Counted from the first letter of the stretch, positions 19,118 through 29,391 are shown. The stretch is DNA of 64,000 nucleotides from an uncultured Bdellovibrio sp. (GCA_963932905.1 CAWVRN010000008.1:66047-130046), one strand, 5' to 3'. Program-made: numbers and translations. Notes: a model not told the origin generated them from the letters alone.

Positions 19118-20260
19118 TTATCCCGCTTTGGCAGCCAGTGGAGTTCCGCACTCAGAGCAGAACTTCATCTGGGCTGAAACGCCAGCTCCGCAACTTGGAC
19201 ATGCGTTTTCGGCTTTCTTGATTTTCTTCTCTTCTTTTTCATTAAGATCAACGAAACCTTTTTCATTCCACTTGTCGATTTCTTTTAAAACTCTCCAAGT
19301 GAATATTAAGTTCGTTAATTCTTTTACTTCAAATTCTAATTTTACCTGATCTGAAATGCTTCTGCGTTTTGTGATGCAGCCTTTTTGTTCTAGGCGAGTG
19401 AAGTGATCGTTATTTAAACTGATGCCGTGATCAGCCGCTAGACGTTCTTTGGTTTTCAGGAAGTCTAAAGATACGATCCCGAAACGATCTGGTGTTACAC
19501 CAACCGCTTCTTTTAAAAAGGTATCTACCACGTTTATTACAAAATCATCCGGTTTTAAAATTTCGCTACGACCTTGTTTGAAGTAGTAGTATTGATAAAA
19601 CTCGAAAAATGCTTCCAGAGGAGCCAGTGATGGAGTGATGATTTTTTGAATTTCATCTGGTCCATCGGGGTTGTCTTCCGCTTTTCCCATTTCATAGGAT
19701 GCTAATTTTAATTTAACTAAGATATTGCAGGCTTGTTCTAATTTCTTAGGAGATTCGCCAAACACGCGCTGCGAATACTGTTTGAACATGTGCCAAGTCA
19801 TTTCGATCGATCCATCTTTACGTCGAGTGCCTTTGTGATTGATCGTGTGAAAGAGAATACCAAAAATAATTGATGTTTGATCTTCTGGGCACGGAGATGC
19901 ATCTTTTTCTAAACGGATTGATTTCAGTTCATTGAAAGATGATTTCAAACGTTCAACAAGACTCTTGATCACCATTTTGAAAAGCTGAGGACCGGCTTCG
20001 TATTGAGGTTTGATAGCGTCCGTAGCTACTTCCAGTACTTTTGTTTCCGAGGTGCAGATAGCCGAGTATAGGTGAGTCGTTTGCCCGTTAAAAAAACCTT
20101 CGCCGACGATTCCTTGGCTGCCTAATTGGTACAGATCCAATATCTTCTTTCCTCGCACTAAGCAGACATTTACGCCGCCGGATTGGATGAAATAAAGATT
20201 TGTGATTTTGTCATTTTCTTTAAAAAGATAATCGCCTTTTTTAAATGTCTTCTGATTCAT
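19118..20260 (-). CDS. Cyclic-nucleotide-binding (Crp-like) domain protein with a C-terminal zinc ribbon
   Basis: FKKGDYLFKEND...LYFIQSGGV...GIVGE cNMP domain; CPSCG...KFCSECG. Start moved to the ATG at 20260, which has GAGG upstream. Confidence 0.82.
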   Translation of the reverse strand: MNQKTFKKGDYLFKENDKITNLYFIQSGGVNVCLVRGKKILDLYQLGSQGIVGEGFFNGQTTHLYSAICTSETKVLEVATDAIKPQYEAGPQLFKMVIKSLVERLKSSFNELKSIRLEKDASPCPEDQTSIIFGILFHTINHKGTRRKDGSIEMTWHMFKQYSQRVFGESPKKLEQACNILVKLKLASYEMGKAEDNPDGPDEIQKIITPSLAPLEAFFEFYQYYYFKQGRSEILKPDDFVINVVDTFLKEAVGVTPDRFGIVSLDFLKTKERLAADHGISLNNDHFTRLEQKGCITKRRSISDQVKLEFEVKELTNLIFTWRVLKEIDKWNEKGFVDLNEKEEKKIKKAENACPSCGAGVSAQMKFCSECGTPLAAKAG

Positions 20261-20277
20261 GCAAAGCCTCACTTATT

Positions 20278-20304
20278 TCATCGGAGTCTCTAAAAGGGAC
20301 ATGA
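20278..20304 (-). promoter_or_regulatory. Candidate sigma-28 (FliA) promoter of the cNMP-domain gene
   Basis: Minus strand TCAT-N15-TCCGATGA, 17 nt upstream of the ATG at 20260. Confidence 0.5.
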
Positions 20305-20506
20305 GTCGAGGATACGACTTCTGGATGATAGTCGAAACTATCAAAAAAGCTTGGACGTTTCAGTAGGCAGCCCATAGTGTCGCTATAAATGAAAGATGGG
20401 ATCGTATTGTGAGCCGTTCGGCAGTCGATGAAAGAAATTCACGAAGAAAATCAGGATAAAGTTATTTTCGGTTTAAAAATCAGGCAGTTAGTGGTATAAG
20501 CACCCT

Positions 20507-20809
20507 ATGAATTTTGAAGAGCTAAGTTCCGACGAACATCGCAAACGAGAGAAAGCTAAGGCCTACGAGCTCAAGCAATCGCAATGGTGGCGACAACAGG
20601 TAGGACCTGGCATCTGTCATTATTGTAAAGGTCATTTCTCATCCAAAGATCTTACAATGGATCATGTTATCCCGGTTTCACGTGGTGGCAAGTCTTCGAA
20701 AAAAAACTGTGTGCCAGCCTGCAAACAGTGCAATAACGAGAAAAAATATAAGACTACGTTTGATATGGCTCTAGAAAATTTGAACTCCCTCGAGAGTTCG
20801 AACGATTAA
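20507..20809 (+). CDS. Stand-alone HNH endonuclease
   Basis: CHYC...LTMDHVIPVSRGG.S...NCVPACKQCNNEK. An extended -10 (TGGTATAAG) ends 6 nt before the ATG, so the mRNA is probably leaderless. Confidence 0.9.
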   Translation: MNFEELSSDEHRKREKAKAYELKQSQWWRQQVGPGICHYCKGHFSSKDLTMDHVIPVSRGGKSSKKNCVPACKQCNNEKKYKTTFDMALENLNSLESSND

Positions 20810-20972
20810 GAGTGCTAACGTACAAGTTGCTTTTAAAACTTGCATCGCCTAAATTTTGAACCGAGTTTGGGGTTGATTTAGGGTATTTACGCACATAGCC
20901 GCGCGATAAAAAATTTTTAACCTTGCAAACTTCCCATATTTTCTTTTTAACTAATAATAGTGTGAACTTTAA

Positions 20973-21021
20973 TCCTGATGCTTGTATTGTGTTGAAAACA
21001 CCCAAGTAATTCGCATCAGGA
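20973..21021 (+). other. Stem-loop in the leader of the topoisomerase VI operon
   Basis: TCCTGATGC (20973-20981) is the exact reverse complement of GCATCAGGA (21013-21021); inner stem GTGTT-GAA-AACAC. Confidence 0.55.
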
Positions 21022-21061
21022 CCAATAGCCAGCTTCAAAAAAGCTAGATTAAGGACGCGAA

Positions 21062-22933
21062 GTGAGTAAAATTACCAAGAGCAGTACCGCTGAATATTTT
21101 GCCAAAAACTTGCAACAGGTGGGGTTTTCGTCACCGTTGAAAGCTGTTTTGACGACATTAAAAGAAGCGATCGATAACTCCCTTGATGCCTGCGAACAAG
21201 CCGGTATTTTGCCGGATATCAAAGTTGAAATTACCAAAGTTGGCACGGGTTCAACAAAGAATACAGATCTAATCAAGATTGTTGTTGAAGATAATGGACC
21301 TGGTATTGATGCGGATGATTTAGCGAAAGTATTTGGTGAATACCTTGCCTCTTCAAAATTTGGCCGTGGACAGTGTTCTCGTGGTCAGCAAGGTATCGGT
21401 ATTTCCGCTGCGACGACATGGGCGCAAATGACCAATGCTCGTGGCGCCGTAGTTATCTCTAAAACTAAAAATATGAGAAAAGCCGTCAGCGCCCAAGTTG
21501 ACGTAGATATCAAAAGTAATACTGGGATTATTAAGAACAAAGAATCTATTGATTGGACAAAACCAAATGGAGTTCGTGTCGAATTCGTAATGGATGGTCG
21601 TGTTCAATTAAACGGTGACGGTGGACTTGTAACGTACGTAGAAGGTACGGTTCTAGTTAATCCTCACTTAACGATTGAATATAAATTATTAGATAATGAC
21701 TGGCAAAAAGTAGAACGTGTTTCAAACGAAGTTCCCGAACTGCCACCGGCGACATTGCCTCATCCTCATACATTTAAGTTAGGTGAATTCATCACGCACG
21801 CCACGTTGTTTGGTAAAACCAGCTTATCTAAGTTTTTGAAAACAGGTTTTTCACGTATTTCTGATCCTACGATCAATGATTTCGTTAAAAACGGTTTACC
21901 GAAATCATTGGTTGAAAAACCGGTGACTTCAATTAGTGAAGAGAATTTCAAATCTATTTTCACAGCCATTCAAAATACTGAATTGATGGCGCCATCTACA
22001 AAATCGGTTCTAACAGTGGGTGAAGATGCTCTATCAAAAAGTATTCAACGTTTAGGCAAGGTTGACTTTTTCTCGGTCGTAACTCGTAAACCAAGAATTT
22101 GTGATTTCAAACCCGTCGTTGTGGAAGTCGCATTGGCTCGTTTTATTGATCGTGGTGGCGAAAATGACAGCCCAGTTCAATTACTTCGATTCGCAAACCG
22201 CGTTCCTTTACAATTTGATAAATCTGGTTGTGCCATCACGGGTGCGATTGAATCAGTAAACTGGAAATCCTACGGATTAAATCAGCCAAAAGATTCACTC
22301 CCTCTTGGTCCCTATGTATTTGCGATTAGTGTTGTATCTCCGTTCATCAAGTTTAAAAATGCGTCGAAGGAAACAATTGATGCTTCGGATGAACTAGTAG
22401 ATGAAATCAGAAAAGCCGCGCAACAAGCCGGACAAAAATTATCTCGTCATATCCGCAAAGAATTTAAAGAAGCTGATTTGGAACGTAAACTGGCTCATAT
22501 TGAACAGTTCGGTCCAATTCTAGTCGAGAAGTTAGCGGCTCTAAGTGGCGCTAATGAAGCTCGTCGAAAAAAAGCAGAGGACGGTTTAAGAAAAATCTTG
22601 GGTCGTGATTCTCAGGAAGCAATTTCGCAATTAGAAGATGCTGAAACCAAGTTGAATAAACAAAAACAAAGAGAAGCTAAAAAATTTGGTGTTGATTTAG
22701 ACGAAACTTCAAATGAAGAGGATGTTTCTGAAGCATTTGAAGACACAGATTCCGATGTTGTAGAAAAAGGAACGACCAAAGCCACTACGGCCACGTCGAC
22801 TCAAAAAGGCACTCAGGTGGGAACTCAGAAAACAACTGAGAAAACGACAGAAAAAACAACTGAAAAAGCCGCAGCTTCAACTCAAAAATCAACTACGATT
22901 GCGACGACTCAAAAGTCGACGCAAAAGAAATAG
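21062..22933 (+). CDS. top6B: DNA topoisomerase VI subunit B
   Basis: AEYFAKNLQQVGF, KEAIDNSLDACE, VEDNGPGI, SSKF, SRGQQGIGISAA (GHKL ATPase), PHPH, RFANRVPL, ASKETI; low-complexity tail. Confidence 0.95.
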   Translation: MSKITKSSTAEYFAKNLQQVGFSSPLKAVLTTLKEAIDNSLDACEQAGILPDIKVEITKVGTGSTKNTDLIKIVVEDNGPGIDADDLAKVFGEYLASSKFGRGQCSRGQQGIGISAATTWAQMTNARGAVVISKTKNMRKAVSAQVDVDIKSNTGIIKNKESIDWTKPNGVRVEFVMDGRVQLNGDGGLVTYVEGTVLVNPHLTIEYKLLDNDWQKVERVSNEVPELPPATLPHPHTFKLGEFITHATLFGKTSLSKFLKTGFSRISDPTINDFVKNGLPKSLVEKPVTSISEENFKSIFTAIQNTELMAPSTKSVLTVGEDALSKSIQRLGKVDFFSVVTRKPRICDFKPVVVEVALARFIDRGGENDSPVQLLRFANRVPLQFDKSGCAITGAIESVNWKSYGLNQPKDSLPLGPYVFAISVVSPFIKFKNASKETIDASDELVDEIRKAAQQAGQKLSRHIRKEFKEADLERKLAHIEQFGPILVEKLAALSGANEARRKKAEDGLRKILGRDSQEAISQLEDAETKLNKQKQREAKKFGVDLDETSNEEDVSEAFEDTDSDVVEKGTTKATTATSTQKGTQVGTQKTTEKTTEKTTEKAAASTQKSTTIATTQKSTQKK

Positions 22934-22942
22934 GAGTAATAT

Positions 22943-24112
22943 ATGGCCGGTGGCGGATTATTACGAATCAGAGATCTTAAACTTAACATCCCTAAAGAAG
23001 CCAAAGCTTTAGCGGATCAGATGCTAAAGGATTTAGAAAATTCAAAACGTCCTTATTTGGAAGCTGTAAAGACGTCTTTAGATAATTCTTTTTACAATTC
23101 AAAGGTTGGTTACTTAACTCCCGGAGATAAGCGGGTACGAACGGAACTAAATGTTTCTTCGGTGCAAAAATTAGCCCGTGTTGTATTTATGCTGGAAATT
23201 TTGGTGGGAAATCTAAATATCGGTGCCGTAAATACTAAAAGGGAATTGTACTACATGTGTAAGGGTCTTATCAAAGGCGATAAGCATTACAAACCGTTGG
23301 ATTTCGAAGACCAAGTGGAATCAGATAGTATCATCGATTTTATCGGCGATATGTTGCAAGTGTATCGTGAAGAATTAAACTGTTTCGCCAATGATCGTGG
23401 CGGTCAGACATATTCTAACCAATTGATCGTTGAAGAAACGATGGCCGATGGATCTATTGCCAGAATCGACTTGTCGAGTTTGGGTACCTCGCCATACATG
23501 CCAAAAAATAAACCTCAGGCATTGAAACTAAAGGTGAAAAAGAAAGTCGATTTTGCTTTGGTTATCGAATCAGAAGGTACCGCAAATACATTGCACACGA
23601 TGGGTTTCACAAAACGAAACAACTGTATCTTGCTGGGTGCTCAAGGGGTTCCTTCGAATGGGGTTCGTGGCTGGTGTAAACTGATCCAAGATCAATTAGA
23701 CGTACCTATGTATTTCTTCGGCGATCTGGATGCTTATACATTACAAAATATCTTCCGTACATTAAAAGCAGGTTCTGCGGCGTCTTTAATTAGAAACGCG
23801 GACTTTTCGGCTCCTGAAGTAAAATTCTTGGGTGTGTTACCTGAAGATATTAAAAAGTACGATTTATTCTGCTACAACGTAAAAGAATCAGATCCTGCGG
23901 AAGCACGTTCATTGAAAAAAGCGCGCGACGTATTGGAAAACGATCCGTTCTTTATCGACAAGAAAAATAAAGGTCTGTCGGACATCTTGAAGTGGTTGTT
24001 GAAAGAAAAAATCCGTTGCGAACAGCAAAGTTATTTCTCGGTGGATCCAAAAGATCCAATCAAAACTGAGAAAATCATTCTAGAAAAAATCAAAAATAAA
24101 TCTTACGTTTAG
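22943..24112 (+). CDS. top6A: DNA topoisomerase VI subunit A (Spo11-like)
   Basis: TKRELYY (catalytic Tyr), FEDQVESD, REEL, Toprim VIESEG, GAQGVP, FGDLDAY, EQQ. Confidence 0.93.
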   Translation: MAGGGLLRIRDLKLNIPKEAKALADQMLKDLENSKRPYLEAVKTSLDNSFYNSKVGYLTPGDKRVRTELNVSSVQKLARVVFMLEILVGNLNIGAVNTKRELYYMCKGLIKGDKHYKPLDFEDQVESDSIIDFIGDMLQVYREELNCFANDRGGQTYSNQLIVEETMADGSIARIDLSSLGTSPYMPKNKPQALKLKVKKKVDFALVIESEGTANTLHTMGFTKRNNCILLGAQGVPSNGVRGWCKLIQDQLDVPMYFFGDLDAYTLQNIFRTLKAGSAASLIRNADFSAPEVKFLGVLPEDIKKYDLFCYNVKESDPAEARSLKKARDVLENDPFFIDKKNKGLSDILKWLLKEKIRCEQQSYFSVDPKDPIKTEKIILEKIKNKSYV

Positions 24113-24135
24113 ACTTAATAAGAAATGGCGAAGAT

Positions 24136-24163
24136 AAAAAAGGAACCGAAAGGTTCCTTTTTT
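24136..24163. terminator. Bidirectional rho-independent terminator
   Basis: AAAAAAGGAACC-GAAA-GGTTCCTTTTTT between convergent genes. Confidence 0.9.
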
Positions 24164-24768
24164 TATTGGCACCCTTGAGATTTTAAATAGGTTACGATCT
24201 CTTTCGCTTCTTCTTTTTCAGCGTACGTCACTAAAGATTTTATGTGCTCGAGTTTGTCAGCTTGATCGCACGGTTTGCTAACTGTAAATTTGACTTCTTT
24301 GATGCATTCAAGAAATTCATATTCGATCATAATCTGAATTGGGGTCAACTGTAGTAAGTCTTCGGAAAACGCATTGGCACCGTTCTGAACTAACAGTGTG
24401 CAGGTTTTGTTTTTAAGTTCCTGTGAAATAGGTCCATGTAGGGAATACGAAAGTGCATTATGCTTGTGTTCATCGATAAGATTCACATTCACATTTTTAC
24501 TTATCAAGTTCTTGATATAGTCCAGTTGTCCATTCCTGGACGCAATCATCAGGACCGTAACGCCATTGGCACCCGTATAGTCCCAGTCACGATTGGTATT
24601 TTTTTGCAGGTTCTCTAGTGCGACCCAGTCACCCAATCGGGCACTGGCATACCAAGGATCGCCCGAGGGAGTGGAGGGGGCGCCTACTGAGTTTTTACTC
24701 TTAGTTTGGCAAGACGGGCCGGTAAGGAAGACGATGAGTATAAGTAGAGCAAAATAGAGTCGTTTCAT
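24163..24768 (-). CDS. Ankyrin-repeat protein, probably a lipoprotein
   Basis: Signal ending LTGPSC; GVTVLMIASRNGQ, NVNVN, NALSYS, LLVQNGAN, TPIQ repeats. Confidence 0.8.
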   Translation of the reverse strand: MKRLYFALLILIVFLTGPSCQTKSKNSVGAPSTPSGDPWYASARLGDWVALENLQKNTNRDWDYTGANGVTVLMIASRNGQLDYIKNLISKNVNVNLIDEHKHNALSYSLHGPISQELKNKTCTLLVQNGANAFSEDLLQLTPIQIMIEYEFLECIKEVKFTVSKPCDQADKLEHIKSLVTYAEKEEAKEIVTYLKSQGCQ

Positions 24769-24906
24769 ATGGTTTTAGAGTAGTTCAACTCAAGGGTTGA
24801 AGGTACTCTATTTTTGTCAAACAGGGTCAACCTGTGCTTTTGCTTGGTAGTCGTTTAGTTTTCAGCTACAGTGGGCTGTTGATTTCACACAAGAAAGGAC
24901 CAGGAT

Positions 24907-27177
24907 ATGTCATCCAAGATTGAAACCACCCCAGACATGGTTAAAAACGTCTATCAAACAACTCAAAAAAGATTAGAAGTTATTCGCAAGCGATTAAATC
25001 GCCCGCTAACTTTAGCCGAGAAAATTCTTTTTGGTCACTTGGATGATCCACAAAATCAAGAATTAGTTCGTGGTTCCAGTTTCTTATTACTTCGCCCTGA
25101 CCGCGTGGCGATGCAAGATGCGACAGCGCAAATGGCATTACTTCAGTTCATGTTGGCAGGTAAAGATGAAGCAGCCGTTCCTACGACAGTTCACTGCGAT
25201 CACTTAATTTTAGCTCACGTAGGTAAAGAAAAAGATTTAGCCGCTTCAAATAAAACAAATGAAGAAGTTGTTAACTTCCTTGCTTCTGCATCATCACGTT
25301 ACAACATCGGATTTTGGAGACCAGGTGCTGGTATCATCCATCAAGTTATCTTGGAAAACTATGCGTTCCCGGGTGGATTAATGATCGGTACAGATTCTCA
25401 CACACCGAATGCGGGTGGTTTGGGTATGTGTGCTGTGGGTGTTGGTGGATCTGATGCCTCTGACGTAATGGCGGGATTAACTTGGGAAGTTAAAAATCCA
25501 AAATTAATCGGTGTACACTTGAAAGGTAAAATGAATGGCTGGACATCAGCTAAAGACGTCATCTTAAAACTTTGCGGAATGTTAACTGTAAAAGGTGGAA
25601 CAGATAAAATCGTTGAATATTTTGGTGAAGGCGCCCAATCGATTTCTTGTACTGGTAAAGCAACTATTACAAATATGGGTGCTGAGTTAGGTGCTACATG
25701 CTCTGTGTTCCCATATGATGATCGTATGGCGACCTACTTGAAAGCCACTAACCGCACTGAACTAGCTGGCGTAGCGGATGCAAATAAAGCATTGTTGAAT
25801 GCAGATCCTGAAGTTCTAGCTAATCCTAAAAACTTCTTCGACGAAGTTTACGAAATTGATTTAACAACGCTAGAACCACACTTAGTAGGTCCTCACTCGC
25901 CAGATATTGCTCGCCCAATTTCTGCGTTGGCAAAAGAAGCAAAAGAAAAAGGTTGGCCTTTAAAACTATCTTCAGCGTTGATTGGTTCTTGCACGAATTC
26001 ATCATACGAAGATATCGGTCGTTCGGCGTTTATCGCAGAACAAGCGATGGCTCTTGGTTTGAAAATGAATCAACCATTCTTGGTTTCTCCGGGTTCAACA
26101 CAAATTCAAAATACTATCGAACGCGATGGTCAGATGAAAGTGTTCAATGAAGTGGGCGCAACGGTTCTTGCCAATGCCTGCGGACCTTGTATCGGTCAGT
26201 GGAAACGCGATGATATTAAGTCTGGTGACAAAAATACAATCGTGACTTCGTTCAACCGTAATTTCCGTGGACGTAATGACTCGAATGCAGAAACGTTAGC
26301 ATTCATTGCGTCTCCTGAAGTTGTGATGGCATTAGGTTTAGCGGGGCGTATCGATTTTAATCCTTTGACTGACGAATTAGAAGGTCCAAAAGGTAAAGCT
26401 AAATTAAAAGCACCAACAGCTCCAGAATTACCAGCGCGTGGTTTCGTAGCCGATACGGAAGGTTACCAAAAGCCAGCGGGACGTACAGCTGAAGTGAAAG
26501 TTTCGCCAACATCTGATCGTCTGCAATTGCTAGCTCCATTCACTGTATGGGACGGCAAGGATTTCACGGATCAAATCATCCTTGGTAAAGCTAAAGGTAA
26601 ATGTACAACAGATCATATTTCTCCGGGCGGTCCTTGGTTGAAATACCGTGGTCACTTGGACAATATTTCGAACAACATGTTACTTGGTGCTGACAACGCA
26701 TTTACGGGTGAAATTGGTAAGGGTAAAAATCAGTTAACTCAAGAATCAGGTGTTGAATTCGCAAAAATCGCACGTGATTACCAAGCTAAGAAACATGGCT
26801 GGGTGATTATCGGTGATGAAAACTACGGTGAGGGTTCATCTCGTGAACACGCGGCGATGTCGCCACGTTTCTTGGGTTGTACTGCGGTTGTTGTTAAATC
26901 ATTCGCACGTATCCATGAAACTAATTTGAAAAAGCAAGGTGTGTTGGCGTTAACGTTTGCTAACCCAACTGATTACGAAAAAATTCGCGACACTGACAGA
27001 GTTGATTTGATCGATCTAAATGCGCTAGCTCCAGGCAAGCCGGTAACTATGATCGTGAAGCACGCTGATGGTACTCGTGAAACGATTTCGTTGAAACACA
27101 CTTACAATGCGGAACAGTTAAAATGGTTCGTAGCGGGTAGTGCGCTTAATTTGATCCGTAAGTCTTTGGCTCATTAA
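24907..27177 (+). CDS. acnA: Aconitate hydratase (mitochondrial-type AcnA subgroup)
   Basis: [64 protein letters not shown]. Confidence 0.95.
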   Translation: MSSKIETTPDMVKNVYQTTQKRLEVIRKRLNRPLTLAEKILFGHLDDPQNQELVRGSSFLLLRPDRVAMQDATAQMALLQFMLAGKDEAAVPTTVHCDHLILAHVGKEKDLAASNKTNEEVVNFLASASSRYNIGFWRPGAGIIHQVILENYAFPGGLMIGTDSHTPNAGGLGMCAVGVGGSDASDVMAGLTWEVKNPKLIGVHLKGKMNGWTSAKDVILKLCGMLTVKGGTDKIVEYFGEGAQSISCTGKATITNMGAELGATCSVFPYDDRMATYLKATNRTELAGVADANKALLNADPEVLANPKNFFDEVYEIDLTTLEPHLVGPHSPDIARPISALAKEAKEKGWPLKLSSALIGSCTNSSYEDIGRSAFIAEQAMALGLKMNQPFLVSPGSTQIQNTIERDGQMKVFNEVGATVLANACGPCIGQWKRDDIKSGDKNTIVTSFNRNFRGRNDSNAETLAFIASPEVVMALGLAGRIDFNPLTDELEGPKGKAKLKAPTAPELPARGFVADTEGYQKPAGRTAEVKVSPTSDRLQLLAPFTVWDGKDFTDQIILGKAKGKCTTDHISPGGPWLKYRGHLDNISNNMLLGADNAFTGEIGKGKNQLTQESGVEFAKIARDYQAKKHGWVIIGDENYGEGSSREHAAMSPRFLGCTAVVVKSFARIHETNLKKQGVLALTFANPTDYEKIRDTDRVDLIDLNALAPGKPVTMIVKHADGTRETISLKHTYNAEQLKWFVAGSALNLIRKSLAH

Positions 27178-27199
27178 AGATAGCGAATAATTTAAATCT

Positions 27200-27234
27200 A
27201 AAAAGCCTCTGAGCAAAACTCAGGGGCTTTTTTT
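27200..27234 (+). terminator. Rho-independent terminator after aconitase
   Basis: AAAAAGCCTCTGAG-CAAAA-CTCAGGGGCTTTTTTT. Confidence 0.88.
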
Positions 27235-27290
27235 ATTTTCTAGGTATAATAGACTGTTTGTGCTGAAATATTCAGAAAAGCGAGGTGAGT

Positions 27291-27779
27291 ATGTTTAAGG
27301 TATTTTTCCTAATAAATTTTTTAGTTGTTAACTGCGTATTCGCAAATGCTCCGGTGGGGTGTGATATTTCTATTGCTTATTCGATGCAAAATGAAGGCAG
27401 CAAAGATGCTTACCATACGACATCGATTTCGGGAAAAATAGTTTCTGTTGGTGGCAAAGAACATAAGTACGCTGATAACATAGATTTTTTAGCAGCCCAA
27501 CGAAGTCTTTTGTACTGTTCGGCTGCCATGATTCAATGTTTTATCGATAAAAAAATTTCAGATCCTGTTAATATGTCCATTTCATTTCAATTGCAAAAAT
27601 CAGAAACGAAGCCCACTGGGGATTTCTCGAAAGCCTCTCAAGTAGATATAAAATGGATGACTAATAAAAAACTAACTGCAGCAGAGGGATGCTTGAAGAA
27701 GTTAGTTTCGGACATTTCATTTGGACTGGTTGTAAAGGCGCCGGCGGCTATGACCGTACCTGTAAAAATAGAAAATTAG
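27291..27779 (+). CDS. Hypothetical secreted protein
   Basis: GAGGTG Shine-Dalgarno before the ATG at 27291; signal peptide (VFA|N); several Cys. Confidence 0.65.
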   Translation: MFKVFFLINFLVVNCVFANAPVGCDISIAYSMQNEGSKDAYHTTSISGKIVSVGGKEHKYADNIDFLAAQRSLLYCSAAMIQCFIDKKISDPVNMSISFQLQKSETKPTGDFSKASQVDIKWMTNKKLTAAEGCLKKLVSDISFGLVVKAPAAMTVPVKIEN

Positions 27780-27782
27780 TTT

Positions 27783-29162
27783 TTATAGATCGAATACTTT
27801 TCCAGGATTAATGATGTTATTTGGATCAAATATTTTTTTGATTGATTTGAATATCTGAATTTCTTCTGCTGATCGAGAATAGTTTAAAAACGGTTTTTTG
27901 GTTAACCCTACGCCATGTTCAGCCGAGATACTGCCTTCAAACTTTTTGATACATTCAAATATTTTTTTGTCTACCTTTTGGCATTCAGCGACGAAAATTT
28001 CCTTAGTCATGCCCTCTGGGCGTAAGATATTAAGATGTAAGTTACCGTCGCCAATATGACCGAACCAAACAACTACCCAGTCAGGGTACGAAGCCAAAAC
28101 TATTTGATCTAATTCTTTTACGAATGGAGACACCTTAGAAACGCGTACGGCAATGTCGTTCTTGTAAGGTGAGTGAATAGCTAAAGATTCGCTAATATCT
28201 TCGCGATAGCGCCAGAATGTTTTGGCTTGGGTATCGGATTGAGCAATAACACCGTCTACTACGTATTCGTTCTCGAATGCTTTTTCGAGTACTTCACCTA
28301 AAAGAGCTTCGTCGGTATCGGATCCGTTGAGTTCAATTTCACACGTAATGTAAAACGGATATTCATTTTCAAATGGAGCGGGCAGATTCTTTTGTTCCAG
28401 AACTTCTTTAAGAGCAATATTTGAAAACATTTCGAAGGCTGTTAATGCTAGTTTTGAATTAAAGTGTGCAAATACAGCCATGACTTTATCTAATGATTCA
28501 CAGGCCAATAAAACAACCTGCAGTTTTTTAGCTTTACGAGTTAGCTGGATAGTCGATTCAGTTATAAAACCAAGAGTTCCTTCGCTACCAATAAATAAAT
28601 GACGAAGATCATATCCGGTTGCATTTTTAACTAAGCTTTTGTTTAAAATTAAAGTTTGGCCAGCGCCGGTGACAACTTTTAACGATGTAACCCAATCACG
28701 AGTTAATCCATAGCGAAGAACTTTAATGCCACCAGCATTAGTAGCGATATTGCCACCGATATGCGATGAACCGCGTGCTGCGAAATCTACAGGATAAAAT
28801 AGGTCATGCTTTTCAGCCCACTGCTGAATTTCTTCAGTGATGACTCCAGGATCGCAAACAATAGTATTTTCTAAAGGATCAAACGTTTTAATTTTATTGA
28901 ATTTTTCAAAGCTAACGACAACTTCATTTTTAGCGGCCACAGCGCCGCCAGATAGACCTGTGCGACCGCCCGAGGGAACAAGTGCTGTTTTTGTTTCATT
29001 CGCCCAGCGAACGATTTCGACTACATCTTCGTGAGATTTGGGAAATACAACGGCTTGGCAGTGAATATCAAAATACGTCGTCCAATCTTTACCGTAAACG
29101 GCAAGTTCTTTAGGGTCAGTAACGATTTGGGACGGATCTAATTTTAGTTGTTTTAAGCTCAT
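27783..29162 (-). CDS. FAD-binding oxidoreductase (D-2-hydroxyacid dehydrogenase, GlcD/D2HGDH-like)
   Basis: PSGGRTGLSGG, GGNIATNAGG, GSEGTLG, FGHIGDGNLH, SAEHGVG, DPNNIINPGK. Confidence 0.9.
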   Translation of the reverse strand: MSLKQLKLDPSQIVTDPKELAVYGKDWTTYFDIHCQAVVFPKSHEDVVEIVRWANETKTALVPSGGRTGLSGGAVAAKNEVVVSFEKFNKIKTFDPLENTIVCDPGVITEEIQQWAEKHDLFYPVDFAARGSSHIGGNIATNAGGIKVLRYGLTRDWVTSLKVVTGAGQTLILNKSLVKNATGYDLRHLFIGSEGTLGFITESTIQLTRKAKKLQVVLLACESLDKVMAVFAHFNSKLALTAFEMFSNIALKEVLEQKNLPAPFENEYPFYITCEIELNGSDTDEALLGEVLEKAFENEYVVDGVIAQSDTQAKTFWRYREDISESLAIHSPYKNDIAVRVSKVSPFVKELDQIVLASYPDWVVVWFGHIGDGNLHLNILRPEGMTKEIFVAECQKVDKKIFECIKKFEGSISAEHGVGLTKKPFLNYSRSAEEIQIFKSIKKIFDPNNIINPGKVFDL

Positions 29163-29179
29163 GAAAAAATCGTATCAAA

Positions 29180-29383
29180 TTAGAAGCGTTTAACAACCGA
29201 TTTGCTGTTAAGGGTCCTGATGTTAAAAAATAAATACACTGGGCAAAGGCCCCAAGCCGCAGTGATAATAAAGTAAATACCTAAATACATCCAGCTTGGA
29301 CCACCAGCTACCGCGTAGGTAACTAGCAGTACGCCCACCACAAATCGCAGACATCGGTCCCAGACAGCTGTATTACACTTCAT
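29180..29383 (-). CDS. DUF2892/YgaP-like small membrane protein
   Basis: N...DR.LR...G and GLCPVY...NI.T pattern. Confidence 0.8.
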   Translation of the reverse strand: MKCNTAVWDRCLRFVVGVLLVTYAVAGGPSWMYLGIYFIITAAWGLCPVYLFFNIRTLNSKSVVKRF

Positions 29384-29391
29384 CTGAAGAA

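Noticed and set aside
20507..20809. HNH gene as a homing or mobile element or restriction system
   Set aside because: No intron or intein context, methyltransferase, terminal repeats or integrase; it looks like a stand-alone chromosomal HNH.
20754..21038. 94-aa minus-strand ORF between HNH and top6B
   Set aside because: No recognisable motif, non-ATG start, and it overlaps the HNH end and the top6B promoter/leader; probably spurious.
22943..24112. Top6A-like gene as a Wadjet JetD, topo VIII or other defence nuclease
   Set aside because: It is paired with a full, separate Top6B in the normal B-A order, and no SMC/JetABC genes are nearby.
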